Below, in pieces: positions 1-13,402 of a DNA stretch of 64,000 nucleotides. The position numbers were made by a program, and so were the translations under genes. The stretch is from Callorhinchus milii (taxonomy: Eukaryota). The DNA lies in NCBI RefSeq assembly GCF_018977255.1, contig NW_024704742.1, positions 45,634,001 to 45,698,000 of the forward strand, read 5' to 3'. The notes beneath the pieces were generated by a model. It saw nothing but the letters and a program-made list of their open reading frames with translations, had not been told where the DNA came from and searched no databases. Positions within the stretch are counted from its first letter, which is position 1, and each line of letters starts with the position of its first letter.

Positions 1-861
1 AAAAAGTCTACTTCAGATGCTTGCAATAAAGTGAAATGTTTATCGATTATCGTTCTACAAATTTTTCATGTATGACCTGAGATCTCCTCAAACAAAAATA
101 GCCTTTGAAATTGTTGTGCGTGTCGTGTCTCTGTGTATGTGGTGATGTTAAGAAAAACATATTTTTTTCACCACCATCCTTGTGTTCAGTCTCTCAGTTT
201 GTAACCCTGCGTGCTTGTATTTCTGTTCCGATAACCTCCAGGAGTCAGTCTGAGCTTTGTATTTGTCCCTCTGTGGAGCCATTTCATGCAGTGTTTCCAC
301 TGACTAATCCTCAGCATCTTTGATTCATTTTGTGCCACAGACCTTTCCTTATAATTTATGATACTCTTGTGGTTACGTATACACCGATCTGTGCAAATGT
401 ATCTGGAATGCTAGCTGGCTAACAGGAATGTTGATAGGAGAGGGAATGGGCCTTGACAGTATATCTGGGAGTATTGATTGTACAAGTGAGCTCAACGTAA
501 TTCATCTCTCCCAAATGCCGTTCAGTGGCTTTGGTTTGCAGAAACCAGTGAATGTGTTTCAAATAATGGATATCTGTTCAGAATTAACATGTTTTACGGC
601 CAGCATTTGATCCACTGAAATAGGGAATTGGGTGTTTTGCATTCACTGATTGGCTGTTTTCAATCAATTGATGGTCCTGATCCATCTAAGTGCATCAGGA
701 AAGAAAGTGCTGCTGATTCCACAAGCAACAATTGTACACACAACCATGAGGTGCATTACAATTTAATCTGGAGGATTGTTGGTCAAGACACCTGGAGAAA
801 CTACCTTCACTTTGCAAACATTGTCACATGTTTAATGTCTACCTAAATAAACAAATACAGG

Positions 862-1420
862 ATTTTTTTTTATAGCCAGCTTGATTTCTGACACATGTAG
901 AAATCCATGATCATGAATAGGAGTATTCAAACCAAACTACTTAGATTTCCACATATGTATAATAATAATAATCCTTGTATTTGATATAGCGCCTTATTAC
1001 ATTGTCGAGATGTCTAACAACGCTTCACAGGATACACCGTAAAGTGGAGTGACTGGATGTTTGGTGGTGAAATGCGGCAGCCAATTGTGCACAGCACTGT
1101 CCCACAAACATTCGTAGATTGAGTAATTACATTTCTTTTTTTTGAGGTGGGAAGGGATTATTACCCCCAGAAAGTGATTTGCCAATTGACTAACAACTGA
1201 GTTCCTACTTACTGCTAGCTAAACAGAGGAATGTGTATGAAGAAAAGGAAACTTGCCTAAGGTTTCACTTGCCCAGGAATCAAACTCAGGTCCTCTCGCT
1301 TGTGAGGCAAGTGCGCTAAACACTATGCTATGGGACTCTGTATGTATGGAAATTATTGTTTGTCTGGTTTGGTGTATATACACTTTCCCTGGAGGGACAC
1401 ATCCTGCTTGACCCACACCC
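862..1420 (-). mobile_element. Family C LINE-like 3' end, split by a SINE-A insertion
   Basis: Reverse complement of 862-960 matches the 3' ends at ~5700-5770 and ~42170-42218, with a T-run (A tail) at ~863. 1339-1420 resembles 55180-55255. Confidence 0.6.
961..1338 (-). mobile_element. SINE-A (tRNA-derived), long form
   Basis: (aat)n tail at 961, SINE body, degenerate tRNA A/B-box head ending gggactc at ~1338. tatgtat on both flanks is a possible TSD. Confidence 0.88.
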
Positions 1421-1439
1421 GTGCTTTGACCAGTTCAAC

Positions 1440-2095
1440 TTTTCCCCACCTCTGTAACTTTGCCTGCCTCCAACACTTGCTCTCACTTCAGGCCGCCAAG
1501 ACCTTTATCCATACGTTTATCATGTCCGGATTTGACTATGCCAACTCTCTGCTCATCAGACTTCCCAATTCTTCCCTCTGTAAGCTGCAGACCATTCAGA
1601 ACTCTGCAGCTTGTGTCCTCTCCAAGAGCTTATCATCCCCATCCCCATCCTTGCCTGGCTGCATTGGCTTCCTGTCTCCCAGATGATCAAGTTCAAGATC
1701 CTTGCCCTCACTTTTAAATCTCTCCGTGATCTTGCCCCACCCGCTGCAACCTTTTCATACCCTATCAACCTGCTTGTTCTCTCTGTTTGGCAGGCACTGG
1801 CCTGCTTAATCTCCCCTGTCTGCCCACCCCACCATTGGTATCAACCTTTCTGCCCCAACTCTCTGGAACTCCAACCCAGATCCCCTTCTTCTCACTCCTT
1901 CCCTCGTCTCCTTCAAGGTTCATCTCAACACCTTCCTCTTTGACAGCAATTTCAGTTATCTTCCTACCCCTACTCCTTTAGACTCCACCTTTCCTGAATC
2001 CAACCCTCAGCTTGATGTGAACCTCAACTGTCTAAAGCCTTAGACCATTGTTCTGTCATGAAAGGTGCTATATGAATGTAAGTTATGGTTGTTGT
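1440..2095 (+). mobile_element. L2 LINE 3' fragment
   Basis: Frameshifted L2 ORF2 C-terminal motifs (FDYANSLL, LQTIQNSAA, LHWLPV, FKILALTFK) and a tail ending gaaaggtgctata...gttgttg. Confidence 0.9.
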
Positions 2096-2199
2096 TTACC
2101 TAATTGTGGAGAGTTTACATAGAGATTGGCAAGAAACAAGGCTTGGAAATATTAAAGTGCATCAGTGAACTATTGGAGTTTACCTAGTTAAAACTGTGA

Positions 2200-2420
2200 A
2201 GTATGCCACTGTGAATACTGGCAAGCTTCCTGTGGCTTGTCCAGCTCTTCTGATCCTTACTCATTAGGGCTTTGGTTTAAAGAGTTAACATTGGAAAGAA
2301 TCCCTACCCCAGTGACTGGTCTGCTCTTCCAAGTCCAAGTGACAAGCTGGTTCATTATCACCAGTAACCTGGAGTAGTGCAGACTTGCCGAGCTCAGTAG
2401 GACAGTATCTCTGATATCCG
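2200..2420 (-). mobile_element. Family C fragment
   Basis: ccccagtgactggtctgctcttccaagtcc is the reverse complement of the ggacctggaagggcagaccagtcactggga motif at ~42000. Confidence 0.6.
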
Positions 2421-3259
2421 TGATAGTATCTTTGACACAACCATTGAGAAGCTTGTCAGAGGTTGGTATAGTGAGGGTGAGGCATGGAGGCAAGGACAAA
2501 AATGAGAGGGATGAATGCTACAAGGCAAATGCTGGATTTTACACCCTGAAAGAGATCTCATCCAGATCTTTGTTGAAATGAATCAGTTAAGTGGATATTG
2601 TCCACTAATTGTGAATCCTTCAACAGGTGTAGCTACCTTCAGGCTCTATGACTCAACTGGATTAGAATCTGATAGTGAGGTTGTTTTTGTTCAGTTTGTA
2701 TGAGTCTAGCACTATATATTGGCAGTGTGTGGTATAAATGTGACGTATTCAGACATAGACCACTCATTGTGTTTAAATTAATACACCGGCTTTGTTTATT
2801 CATACCATTCTGTGTCCATCTATTATTCAAACCTTGACCTAACTCATCTCTGCTCCATGGCAATGATGCCTGGAGGGTCACCATGATACAGATGTATACT
2901 CCATCACTAGTCTGTGGGGGAATACAGATATATCCACCTACTCCAATTAGTCTGTCTGGGATATGCCGAGTGCCCAACCCAATATGTAATTAAAATATAT
3001 GTGTGTGTATTCATAGGTGAAGAGAAAACTCTTTACCTGCAATCACAATAATAGAGAACAGCTATCCACAGACTCTATTTTTGTCTCTAAGTGTGGAACG
3101 TTAAGGAATGGGTTCATTCAAACCTGAAACATTCTAAATCAAGAAAAATTCAGATGTACCCAAAAAAAGCTCCTGAGTAGCCAAATCCAAGTGGCTCCTT
3201 TATAATGAGTGACTGCCCTTTTTGTTAATTCCACCAGCTCACTGGAGTCCCCAGTGATC

Positions 3260-3852
3260 TCATATCCTGACCACATCCAGGCCCGACTATGCAAATTCCC
3301 TGCTTGTCAGCCTCCTCAATTCCTCCCTCCAAAGGCTGCAGATCATTCAGCACTCAGCAGCCCATATCCTCTCCCGAACCACACTCGATGACTCTATCAA
3401 TCCCATCTTAGCCCGGCTCCACTGGCTCCCCATCAATCAGAGGATACAGTTCAAGATCCTCGTCCTCATCTTAAAATCCCTTTGCGTCCTTGCTCCTCCC
3501 TACCTCTGTGAACTCCTAATTCCTGACCAATCTGTCCCTTCCCTCCGCTTAACGTTTTCCGACCTGCTTCATGTCCCCTGCCTTGCCCGCCCCACCATTA
3601 GCGGGAGGGCCTTCAACCTCTCTGCCCCCACACTCTGGAACTCCATCCCACAGTCTCTCCCCCTTGCCTCCTTCAAGACCCGTCTCAAGACCTTCCTTTT
3701 CGACCGTGCCTTCGATGTCCCTCATACCTCTACCCTCTCCAACCTTCACCCTTCCTGATCCCAACGATCAGCTTGGGTGCAGATCTCTGAGTGTACAGTG
3801 CCTTGGACATCTTCCTGAAAGGCGCTATACAAATTTAATTTGTTGTTGTTAT
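3260..3852 (+). mobile_element. L2 LINE 3' fragment
   Basis: ctccactggctcccc...ttcaagatcctc (LHWLP/FKIL) and the tail gccttggacatcttcctgaaaggcgctatac...tgttgttgtt. Confidence 0.9.
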
Positions 3853-4552
3853 CAATTTAGCCTGTGGCTGATCCCTGATAAGAAACAAAAGAGCAGGTTG
3901 CAGTAAGATATAGCTTGCTGAGTCAATATATTACAATTATCTTTCATTGTTGTTTCATTATTACATTTCTATTGCTGGGTTGCAACAGCGAGCCCATCTT
4001 TGAATATCCATAGATGTTCGCACTAAAGAGCAAGGATAAAAGAAAGTTTATGACCACAATGTTAAAGTTTAATTTTGAATGTAACATCGTGAAATACAAC
4101 TCTTTGGAGACAGGTCTGTTATCTAGGGGTGTTACAAAGGCTCCATACAAAGACATAGACAATAGCATCTCTGTAGGGAGTGCTTTGAACATTTGAAGGA
4201 AAGCCAAATTCATAAAGGTACATTACATCCTGTTTTAATTTCAGTTATATTAAAACATTAACCAGAATGATGATGTATTGAAAGAAAGAAGTTATTTGGG
4301 GAAAATAAAAGGTTCATGCATTCTGAATTTTTCACTTTGGCTTTCCCATTTCTCTTATTACTTTCTCACATGCCATAGTTGCTATGTGCTGAGAAAGTAC
4401 ACAACACATTTTATTATTCATACATTTACCGAAATTCTTTAAAGCCCTGAGGCAAGAATCTACTAGATTGCATTTAAAAAAAACACAGTTGTAACACATT
4501 CTGTCTGTCAGGTTTATTTGTGCTAAGTTTTACACATATGGTTGAGTATCAA

Positions 4553-4790
4553 CCAGGCTCAGTTGATAACACCCATGCCTCTGAGTCAGAAGGTTGTGGG
4601 TTCAAGATCCTCTTAGAAATTGGAAGCTGAATTGTCTGAGCTGGCACTCAAGTGTAGTGCTGGGGTTGTGTGGCATTGTTGGAGGTGATATCCTTTGGAT
4701 GAGATGCTAAAACAATGTCCTGTCTGTCTGTCTGTTCAGCATGTCATGATTTAAAAAGAGAAGGGAATTTCTCCCAGTGTCCTGGCAAAC
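4553..4790 (+). mobile_element. SINE-B (tRNA head plus Deu-like domain)
   Basis: Head ggctcagttg...ctctgagtcagaaggttgtgggttcaag, then gcattgttggaggtg..cctttggatgagatg and gtgtcctggc, resembling the DeuSINE central domain. Confidence 0.8.
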
Positions 4791-5299
4791 CCCGAAAATG
4801 ATCTCAGATCTGCAACTTGACCTTTGCTTCTATCTTTATTTACTCCTATGTTTTTTATACAATTATACTATTGTAAAATGTATTATGTTTAAAGTTGCAC
4901 AGTGAATAATCATTGCCATGGTCTAACTGAGTTGTCACTGTGCACCATAAGAACAGTGAGGAATGTTATGAAGGTTTGCAGCATTTAAGACTCAATGCTC
5001 CTTCCTAACAGACTGCCAGCGAGCACACAGACAGTCTGTCGTGGGTTTCTCAACTATTGAAGGATTGTGAGAGCATCTGAAGTTCTGAGAGATGACTTAA
5101 CTGATTTTAAGATTTGCATATGAAATTTATTTGTTTCCCTCCAATTCAAAATTGTTGGCCAACGTTGAACATTACTACATCTTTAAAATAATATCACAGG
5201 AAAGTAACAACCATGTGTTGAGTTACAAATAGAATACTATCTGTGTTTGATAGTTTCTTTGGCCACCTGCTTGACAACAAAATGTCATAATCCTATCAA

Positions 5300-5772
5300 C
5301 CCTTGTGGGTTCTCAGTTATTTGTTTCCTGTGACAGGCAAGTCTGCAGTATTCCAGAGCCTGCTGATGACAGACCAGCCAACCTGGCTCATCAACACAAT
5401 TTTGAGGGTCACTGGGAGCAGAGCATCTTCTCACCGGCTTGTGGTAACCTTACAAGCCAAAGCTCAATTAAGTAGGTGGTCCTCACTGAACAAGTAGCAG
5501 GAAGCTTGCTAGACAGTTTTCAGAATGGCAAGCTATGCAGGTTTAGCTGGTTGAACTCCAGCAAAACATCAAAGCGTGTTCTGGGGTCCCCAACTTTGGT
5601 TCTTGCCAACCTATGCCTAACATTCTCCAGAGTTGGGTAAGCTGCGTGTGTCCCTCCAAACACGGGAATTTCCATGTATAGGTGGCATACGTATACAGAG
5701 TTCTGGTTTAGATATTCTTAAACAATGGTGATGGGTTTCCACATGTGTCAGACATCCGGCTGACAAATAAAA
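5300..5772 (+). mobile_element. Family C 3' region
   Basis: gtctgcagtattccag...cctggctcatcaaca and atggtgatgggtttccacatgtgt are shared with 41940-42215. Confidence 0.75.
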
Positions 5773-5994
5773 GACTCCGATTCTACAGCACAACACATAG
5801 TTTCTTGAGAAGAAAAATGAAAATAATCATATTAACATGATAACACCATTCATCTTTTCTCAGCCTATCTATTAATATTGGAAATATTGTAATTATCTAT
5901 TTCTTCCTGGCCCGTGACAACAGAACCTTTGTGTCTGACATCCTGTGGTATAATAGCAAAATAGATATCAGCAAGCAAGATCAAGCCTCAAAAC

Positions 5995-6385
5995 ATAAGA
6001 ATTTTAGGAACAGGCAAAGGCCTAAACACATTGATTGGCTAAACAAGTATACCACTTTTTGAAATTGACACGCCACATATCTTCTCACCGTACCCTCAAT
6101 CCCTTTTCTCTCCAGAAATAATTCAGCAGGAACGTATTATATCATTTGCTTCAGTCATCTCCCCTGTTAATCTATTCCATAAGCCTATTACACTTTGAGT
6201 TTAAAAACTAGTTTGCTCTTGGTCTCCTCACTCCTAACTTATTTGTTTTTAATTTGTGTCCCTTGGTATTTGAGCTGTTCACGAAAGTGAATCATTTCCC
6301 TATTTCAAATATTGTCAATTCCCTTCATGCTCTTGCAAAAATTCAATTAGGTTACTTCGAAGTCTTCTCTTCTCCAGAGAGACTT
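5995..6385 (-). mobile_element. CR1 LINE 3' fragment
   Basis: Minus strand reads LEKRRLRSNLIEF, like the CR1 ORF2 C-terminal RRLRGDLIE motif, followed by decayed 3' sequence. Confidence 0.7.
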
Positions 6386-7419
6386 TCAATATCCAATAAC
6401 CCTGGATGGCCTTAAATGAGTTTAAGGCTGTTGAATTGTGAAAGTACTACCGTAAACCATTACAAGATGTTTGAACTTGCACAGGAATGATTTTGTAACG
6501 TGCACTTTTAAATAGCAGAACTGTAGTTTTCCAGTCCACAATTGGAATGCTTATGTCAATTGATTACGTCAATTCCCTGAAGATGACAATCATAGCAATG
6601 AATTGTGCGTGAGACAAAGATCCAGTGAAACGTTTTAGTTTCAGGTCAATGTGCTCCACACAAATTGCAGCACATGCAAAGCTCTAAAAAGCATGGCAAA
6701 GAAATGTATTAAAAATGTATCAATTGGTGCCCTTAATTGCATACTGAATAAAGAAATGAACTGTAGCAATAAATTTCAGGTCAAATATGTGGTGATTCAT
6801 AAAAAATCATAAAAAGTTATGGTATTCATAAAAAAGATACTTAAATATAGAAACTTGTACTTACCTCAATGTGTTGTACAATGCTGGATAAAGATCTCAT
6901 TTCTGACTTTGTGAATTTGGATTCTAATCAAAGAAGATTCCTAGCAGATGGTATGAGGTCGATGTCTGAGAGAAGATCTATTCGATTGGTTTGAGATTCA
7001 TCCAGGTATGTGGAGATTTCTGTATCTATGATTCTTCACACACATCTCTACACATTGGATTTTTATATAAGAGAAGATCTGAGATGTTATCCTACGTGAA
7101 GGGCGCTATATAAACACAGGATGCTGTTATTGTTCAGTAGAAAGAGTCAGTTAAACTTGAATCTACCTTAAAGCCTTCATAATGGGACCACCTGCTGCTG
7201 TGCTCTTCCACAAGAAATATAATATATTTCACCATTTCGGTTGCTGGACTGGTTGAAATGTATGTGAAAATGCGATTGTGTAACAACCCAAAGCTCACAT
7301 TCAAAATGTTAATTTTTTTCATAAACCGGAAGCTTTCTTGTGAAGCAAGAACATTTAATTGGAGTATCTCTGTAAAATGTAAGTAATGAGGATGATAGTT
7401 TGGTTATGCAACTCATATA

Positions 7420-7625
7420 GTCTAGGCTGACACTGCATTATTGGAGGTGCCAGCCTTTGGATGAGACATTAAACTAAGGACCCATTTGTCTGTTCATATG
7501 GGCATTAAAAATCCCAAGACATTATTCAAAAAGAGAAGGGAGTTTCTTCCGGTGTCCGGGTCAATAATCCCTCGAATAAAATGGTCACTCACTTCATGGC
7601 TCATTATTATGCACAAATTGGCCTT
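7420..7625 (+). mobile_element. SINE-B internal/3' fragment
   Basis: gcattattggaggtgccagcctttggatgagacattaaac...ttaaaaatccc...cacttcatggct. Confidence 0.75.
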
Positions 7626-7744
7626 CCCGAGGAGGAGGGAAGTGAAGACTGTGGGCTTAAAATAAAGCCTTTTCCAGGTTAGAGTGAAAAAGTGTTTCCA
7701 TTTTATTTGAGAGGTGTCACACACAATAGTAAGCATTTTAGGGC

Positions 7745-7992
7745 AATAGAGATCCAAAAAATGTCACCTAGTTTTAGCCTGTAACACCATTCATCGTCAA
7801 ATGAAAGATTGGTAAAGAACGGTTAAAATAAACTTAACATCTGTCTTCATTTGGAACTCAGTTCTTTTTAAGAACTATGGAAAAATAAGAGCTTCCAAAT
7901 TAATGAATTGAAGATTTTTCCACAATTCCATGCAATCGTGCATTTTGATATAAAGTAGCCTTACAGGCTAAGTTCAGGTGGAATTTCAGGCT
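7745..7992. repeat. Imperfect palindromic AT-rich element (family D, MITE-like)
   Basis: ttagcctgtaa (7774-7784) pairs with ttacaggctaa (7961-7971); inner tttggaactc pairs with gagcttccaaa. Related sequence at 9342-9490 (-) and 24150-24300. Confidence 0.6.
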
Positions 7993-8289
7993 TCAGTTGT
8001 TTCAAGAATCGAGCTGAATCAATAGTTGTGAGGTTTTGCTCAATGAAGACATCTGATAAATTAAACATTTAATTATTCCTGCGGTGTCTCAATTAACTGG
8101 ACTCACCTGCACTTTGAAGTGCTTAAGCATTTTTTCTAAGAACTTGTTTCAATCTTTGAAACTCTGATGCTAGCACTTAATCATAATTAAGGTTGTCCAA
8201 TGTTTCGCTGGAATTTAATAAAGCAGAGCATCATGTATGCTGAGCAAAAAGTAAAGAAAGAAACCCATTTGTTACACTGAGCGCATAGT

Positions 8290-8510
8290 GCTTTGGAGCA
8301 CTAAACAGTGACACCAAGCCAGAGAAAAATGGGAGGTGACCATAGGCACTTTCGAAAAGGAAAGTCTTCTGGTCCAATCTGGAGACAGGAATAGAAGGGA
8401 CAAAGCAGCGGGATTTTGACAGGGAGTTTAAAGGTTTGGGGCGCTGTGGCTGAAAGCACAGCTACTGGTGGTGAAGTGGAGGGGTCAAGGGATACGCAGA
8501 AGACCTGAGA
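8290..8510 (-). mobile_element. Old L2 3' fragment
   Basis: Purine-rich segment resembling the minus-strand L2 ends at 50.8-50.9 kb and 60.8-61.0 kb. Confidence 0.55.
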
Positions 8511-9634
8511 AAGTTACCACAAGGACAATAATTCATTTCAAAGTCTAGAACAAGCAATTAAATCATGTTTCCTTGTTTGTTTCTGTAAATTCGTAGCATA
8601 AAAAATGTTAGTTTGCTCAACTAGCGTATTGCTAAGTCTATCAAAGGATATATCTGAAGTTGGCATCTGTTTTGTAAAACAGGAATTTGTGTCTAAATAA
8701 AATCTCTGCTGCAGCGTGAGGGGAATCCAGCTCGTCCTTGGCCTTAGACTTCAGGGAGCTGGGGACTCCACAGTGCCAGATCACTGTAGGACAAGTTTGC
8801 ACTTTGCCCTCATTACCAGAACTGCTTCTTAATGTTCTGCACCCACCTCTTGGATCACTTTGCTGAGTGCATCTCACATCAATTTTCAATGTGAAGCAAA
8901 CCGATTTGATGGGAGGGGGCAAATGGAGGTTTTTCAGAATACCTTACCCCACAAAACTCCTCCATTATTTTCTATTGTGGCTCCAGATTTTAATTGCAGC
9001 CACATGTCGCATAATATGGAGGAGGGAAAATATTAATCAGTTTGGGATCTCTCAGGTAACTGGAATGGAAGCCTAGGGCAGAAATAGGGGCATGACCCTG
9101 GAAATACTAGAAAGATGTCAGGAAACAAAACTGGTCATTGAGAGGCAACCAGAGGCTCCTCTCTGTAAAAGCAATATAGTGGAAACAAAGGAAGAATAAC
9201 AAAAAAGAAATGCAGACATAGGAATTGAGGAATGAAAGAATCAAAGACCCAGGTAGAATCTCTATCGCTATTTGCCATAATTAATGATAAATGATGCCCC
9301 AAATTCCACTTAATCATAGCTAGTAAATCTAAATGCATTTTACACCTGAAATTCCACCCAGTGTTAGCTAATAAAAATTATTTTGACTCAAAAATGAAAG
9401 ATTATGCAGAATTGTTACATCTAATTTTGATTAAAGCATTTTTTTCCATAGCTCTTTAAAAAAGAACAGGCTTCCAAATGAAGATTGGGTGAGAAGAATC
9501 TTTCAACAATTCTCTGCAGTCTTTGATCCCACAGAATCATAGAATACAATACATTTGAGTGAAAATTACAATCAGCTAACATTTTTAGCTATTTCAGCCC
9601 CTAATGGGATTTTCCATTACAGTTGCACATTACT

Positions 9635-9850
9635 CTGGGGTTCCCAAGCCTTGGTGTTAGCCAGCCTGCACTTAATGGTCTCTGAAATTAGGAACAAGGG
9701 ATGCATCCCTCCGGGGAGAGAGTGTACATTCTGCCCCTATGCACAAAAATGTACATGTATAAATGGCATGCGTGGAACTCTCAGTTTGGTTTTGACATTC
9801 TTAAGCATGGCAATGGGTTTCCGTATGCGTTAGACATTACTGATAAACAA
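9635..9850 (+). mobile_element. Family C 3' end
   Basis: ggggttccc...ttcttaagcatggcaatgggtttccgtatgcgttagac matches the other family C termini. Confidence 0.7.
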
Positions 9851-11170
9851 AATGTTTCCAAACCTGGTCAAGAATATGACCACTTATTTCTTGCTGGCAA
9901 GTATGAACCACTACCAAAGGCCATCAGCAGTAAATTAGGCAGTATAATACAAAGTGTAACCAAAGCCACAGCACCTTGCATTTAAAGGATGAAGATATAC
10001 ACATAAGGGAGAAGGGAATAGAAATGTTTTAGAGGAAGTAAGCTGTAGGTGAAGTCTCATGTCAAGTATGTCACCAGCATGGACTAGTTGGCCCAAATGG
10101 TCCATTTCTGTGCTGTACATACATTCTATGTAAATCTGCATCTATATAGCTCCTGTCACGCAGGATAATATTTCAGAGTGCTGTAGGATGATGGGGTTGG
10201 ATGCTGAGCTACGATAAAGGGGGAGGGGACAAGGTGGCCATAGGCATGACTGAAGAGATAGGTTTTAAAGTACAGTAAGAAAAAAAATAAACTCAAAAGC
10301 AAACCTGGAGGTTAAAGACAAAAGGTTATCATTCAAGATCATTATTCTCTCATGATTGGACATTTATATCAAACAATGATTCTCTCTGGCACTAGTATCA
10401 TGGGAGACAATTTCTTCATTTTGGGTGTGTACGGTGGGGGGAATTGCAATTAATTCAACTTAACTTGGGAGCTATTCAAAATTCTGGAAATGGCGGAGGT
10501 TCCTCATTAAATTGTAATTTGTGGCTGTTAATCGTCAGTAGCAACTGAAGATTAAAATGATGCCAAGACTTGATAGTTGTGAGATTATCTCCTCTAAATA
10601 CTGTAACTTGTGCAGAAATAGCTGCAATAACCTTGCTCTCTGATTATTCACAGTTTAGGGAAGCCCGTTATCATTTGCTTCTCATACAAACCACCCCGGA
10701 GTGCATCTAACATTTGTCATTTTCATTATTTGTTTTCTCCGTTACCTTCCATCTTCAATAAGCTTAATTACAAGCAATCTAAGCTCCCTTTATAATTCCA
10801 AAGTAATCACGGAGATATTACAATTCTGATGTGGGTTCAAGCCTTTTCGCCTTCATCCTCCACTGGCATTCTTCCCGGCTTTGTATATTAAAGAAATGTA
10901 AAAATAACGACTGTTTGCATGAAATTGTATACAAGCCACAATAATTATTTCACTTGATCTCCAATGGCTTGTCTTAGATTTAAGTAATAGAATAAGTTGT
11001 GAAGATCAAATGCTTACCGACAAATTGAGAATCACTTATGGTCTCTCAGCATTGAGTGTCTGTTCAATATTTGGATAGAATCAAATTAATAGAAAATATG
11101 CCCATTTGCAGAGATTTTAGGTCAGTACCCAAAGAGAAATAACCCAAACCGGGTTTGTAACATTTGTAAT

Positions 11171-11443
11171 TACTCCACACGCTTCTTTTTACCTACTAAT
11201 AAGTACGAACCCAGTCAATTGGCGGATCGCATTTCTGGAGGTAATAATTTGTTCAAAAGAAAATATATAATAAATTGGTCACTTCAATCCACGACTGTTT
11301 TTGGGACACTGCTGTGCGCAATTGGCTGCTGCGTTTCGCTTACAAAATATAGTTAATTCACTTTATAGTATATCGTGTGAAGCGCTTTGAGACGTCTTGA
11401 AGACATAATAAGGCACTGTACCAAGTGCAAGGATTATTATTAT
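11171..11443 (+). mobile_element. SINE-A long form, 5'-truncated
   Basis: tactccacacgc...caatccacgactg...gaagcgctttgagacgtc...gcaaggattattatt. Confidence 0.85.
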
Positions 11444-11859
11444 CTCATTGTACTTTACAAGAAGTGCAGTTTCATCAACTTGGTCGCATTTGTTTGGACG
11501 GTTTTAAATATGAAAGCTATTAAAACAAAAGGCCCACATTATCACCCAGTCACAGTTTCTGGGACCATTTTGTAATAATATTTAAGATAATGCAAAATTG
11601 TAGAACATTTTTCAATTAGGTCTAAATTTGAATGTCAACTCTTTTTAAGAGCTGCTGAAAACAATGTTTAAAATTGGAATTGGATTTAATATTTTATAAA
11701 TCAATGTGAATTTAAATTATGAGACACACTAAGACCAGTACAATTTGAGATCTGGATCCATAGGCATTGCCTTCCAAATTTTTGTGAAATAACGGCTTAA
11801 TTCAATTTAAGCAGACTGACTGCCGGAAGCAGGTTCCAACTGTATACAGAGGTCATGGG

Positions 11860-12135
11860 TGAGATTAAATCAAGGTCCTGTCTGCCTGTTCAGTAGACAT
11901 TAAAGATTCCATGGCACTATTTCAAAAGAAAAGGGAATTCAACCAGGTTTCCTGATCAACAATTGATCATTCACTTCATGGCTGTTTGTGTACTTCCTTA
12001 CATGCAAATCATCAGCTAGATTCATCTACAAACTACTCAGTCACTACACATTACACAGATCCTCTGAAGCACTTTGAAATATTCCTCTGACACGAAAGGT
12101 GCTACATCAAAAGCAAGATTTATTATTGCTGCTAT
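11860..12135 (+). mobile_element. SINE-B 3' half
   Basis: ggtcctgtctgcctgttcag..cattaaagattccatggcactatttc, ending gaaaggtgctacatcaaaagcaagatt. Confidence 0.75.
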
Positions 12136-13402
12136 GTATAGTTATCATTATTATTAGTAGTAATGTTTACAGTGGAGCCCCGATAGTTTACTTCCGAATT
12201 TCTGTCATTAACTCCACTAATTTTATCCAACAGTCTTGGGTCCTTTATTGAACATCATTTTAGTGGGATATTGAATGTAAGCCTTGATATTGATCTTTAA
12301 TCTTTGAACTACTCGGTCTTTCTGATCTCCAATATAGGACATGACTGGTATTAGACAGTATCCTTTGTGGAGAAGCATTCAGTAGGTGACAGCCTTGTGT
12401 TGTAAAAGGATCCAGGTTGATCCATTTTGGAAGAAACCTTGAGAAGCACAAGGCCAGGTAGTAATTATGTTTTCCCCCAATTTCAGGCATCCTGAGTGTA
12501 GGTGTAGCAAATTGCAATTGCATTGCCTTGTGGGGACTCGCAGCTAATCCTTTGGCATACATCAACTTGTTTTTATCCCTTTTACAATTCAATGGCGTGT
12601 GACAAGCAGAAAAAAATTGTGCAGGTAAACACAAGCTACCCGGGGGGATCATTTGTGCTCTGAGCATCATCTGTGCTGGATGTGTTCAGAGGGTTACTAA
12701 TGTAGCTGGATAATTATTAGGGGTATCTGGAGTATACTACAAAGCCATGTGCAATCCCAGTTTTCAATCACTGAATCATTCGTACTTCTAAGCAGAGAGT
12801 CAGGTTTTTAAACAGGCGAATGAGTGGCTTAGAGGGTGTCCTTGGCAAAGGTTTAAATGTACCAACAGGAAATACTTTGAGGTGCAATTAGCAGCAAGTA
12901 AGCACATTGTAGTTACATCTTAGTCTTGCCACATGGTTCTGAAGACATGGTCTTGAAGACACCCTGAAGGTACATCAGAAGTATGACATGGTTGAACAGG
13001 AGAAACTGGCAGCAGAGGACCAACAGATAATAACTGAACCAAGAGAACTGTCAAAAATGTCAATATTTAATTGAACAGTAATTTTCTTTTGGGAATTGCA
13101 CAAATAAATAACCAGTCAACTTATTTCCCAAAACAATGTTGTCTAATATCCTCTTTCCAATAAATGTGTGTAATTAATGTTGTGTATGTTGTTTTGTACT
13201 CCTTGTGTGTTCATGCTTCTGCAAGGTGTTGGTGGACTCATCAACTACTTGGGTCCCCAGGTGCTGCAGTACTACTACTGTGTGTGCTGTGTTGTGATGT
13301 GGAGTGGGGATGGAAGTTCCTGAAGAATTTACTGGTGTTTGAAGGTGTGACTGCATCTCTTGGGTGCTCATCAGCATCAGAAGTGTTCGGTGGTGTCAGT
13401 AC

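Noticed and set aside
6860..6930. Consensus minus-strand splice donors at ~6865 and ~44540
   Set aside because: The associated short frames match no protein I recognise and cannot be joined into a gene model.
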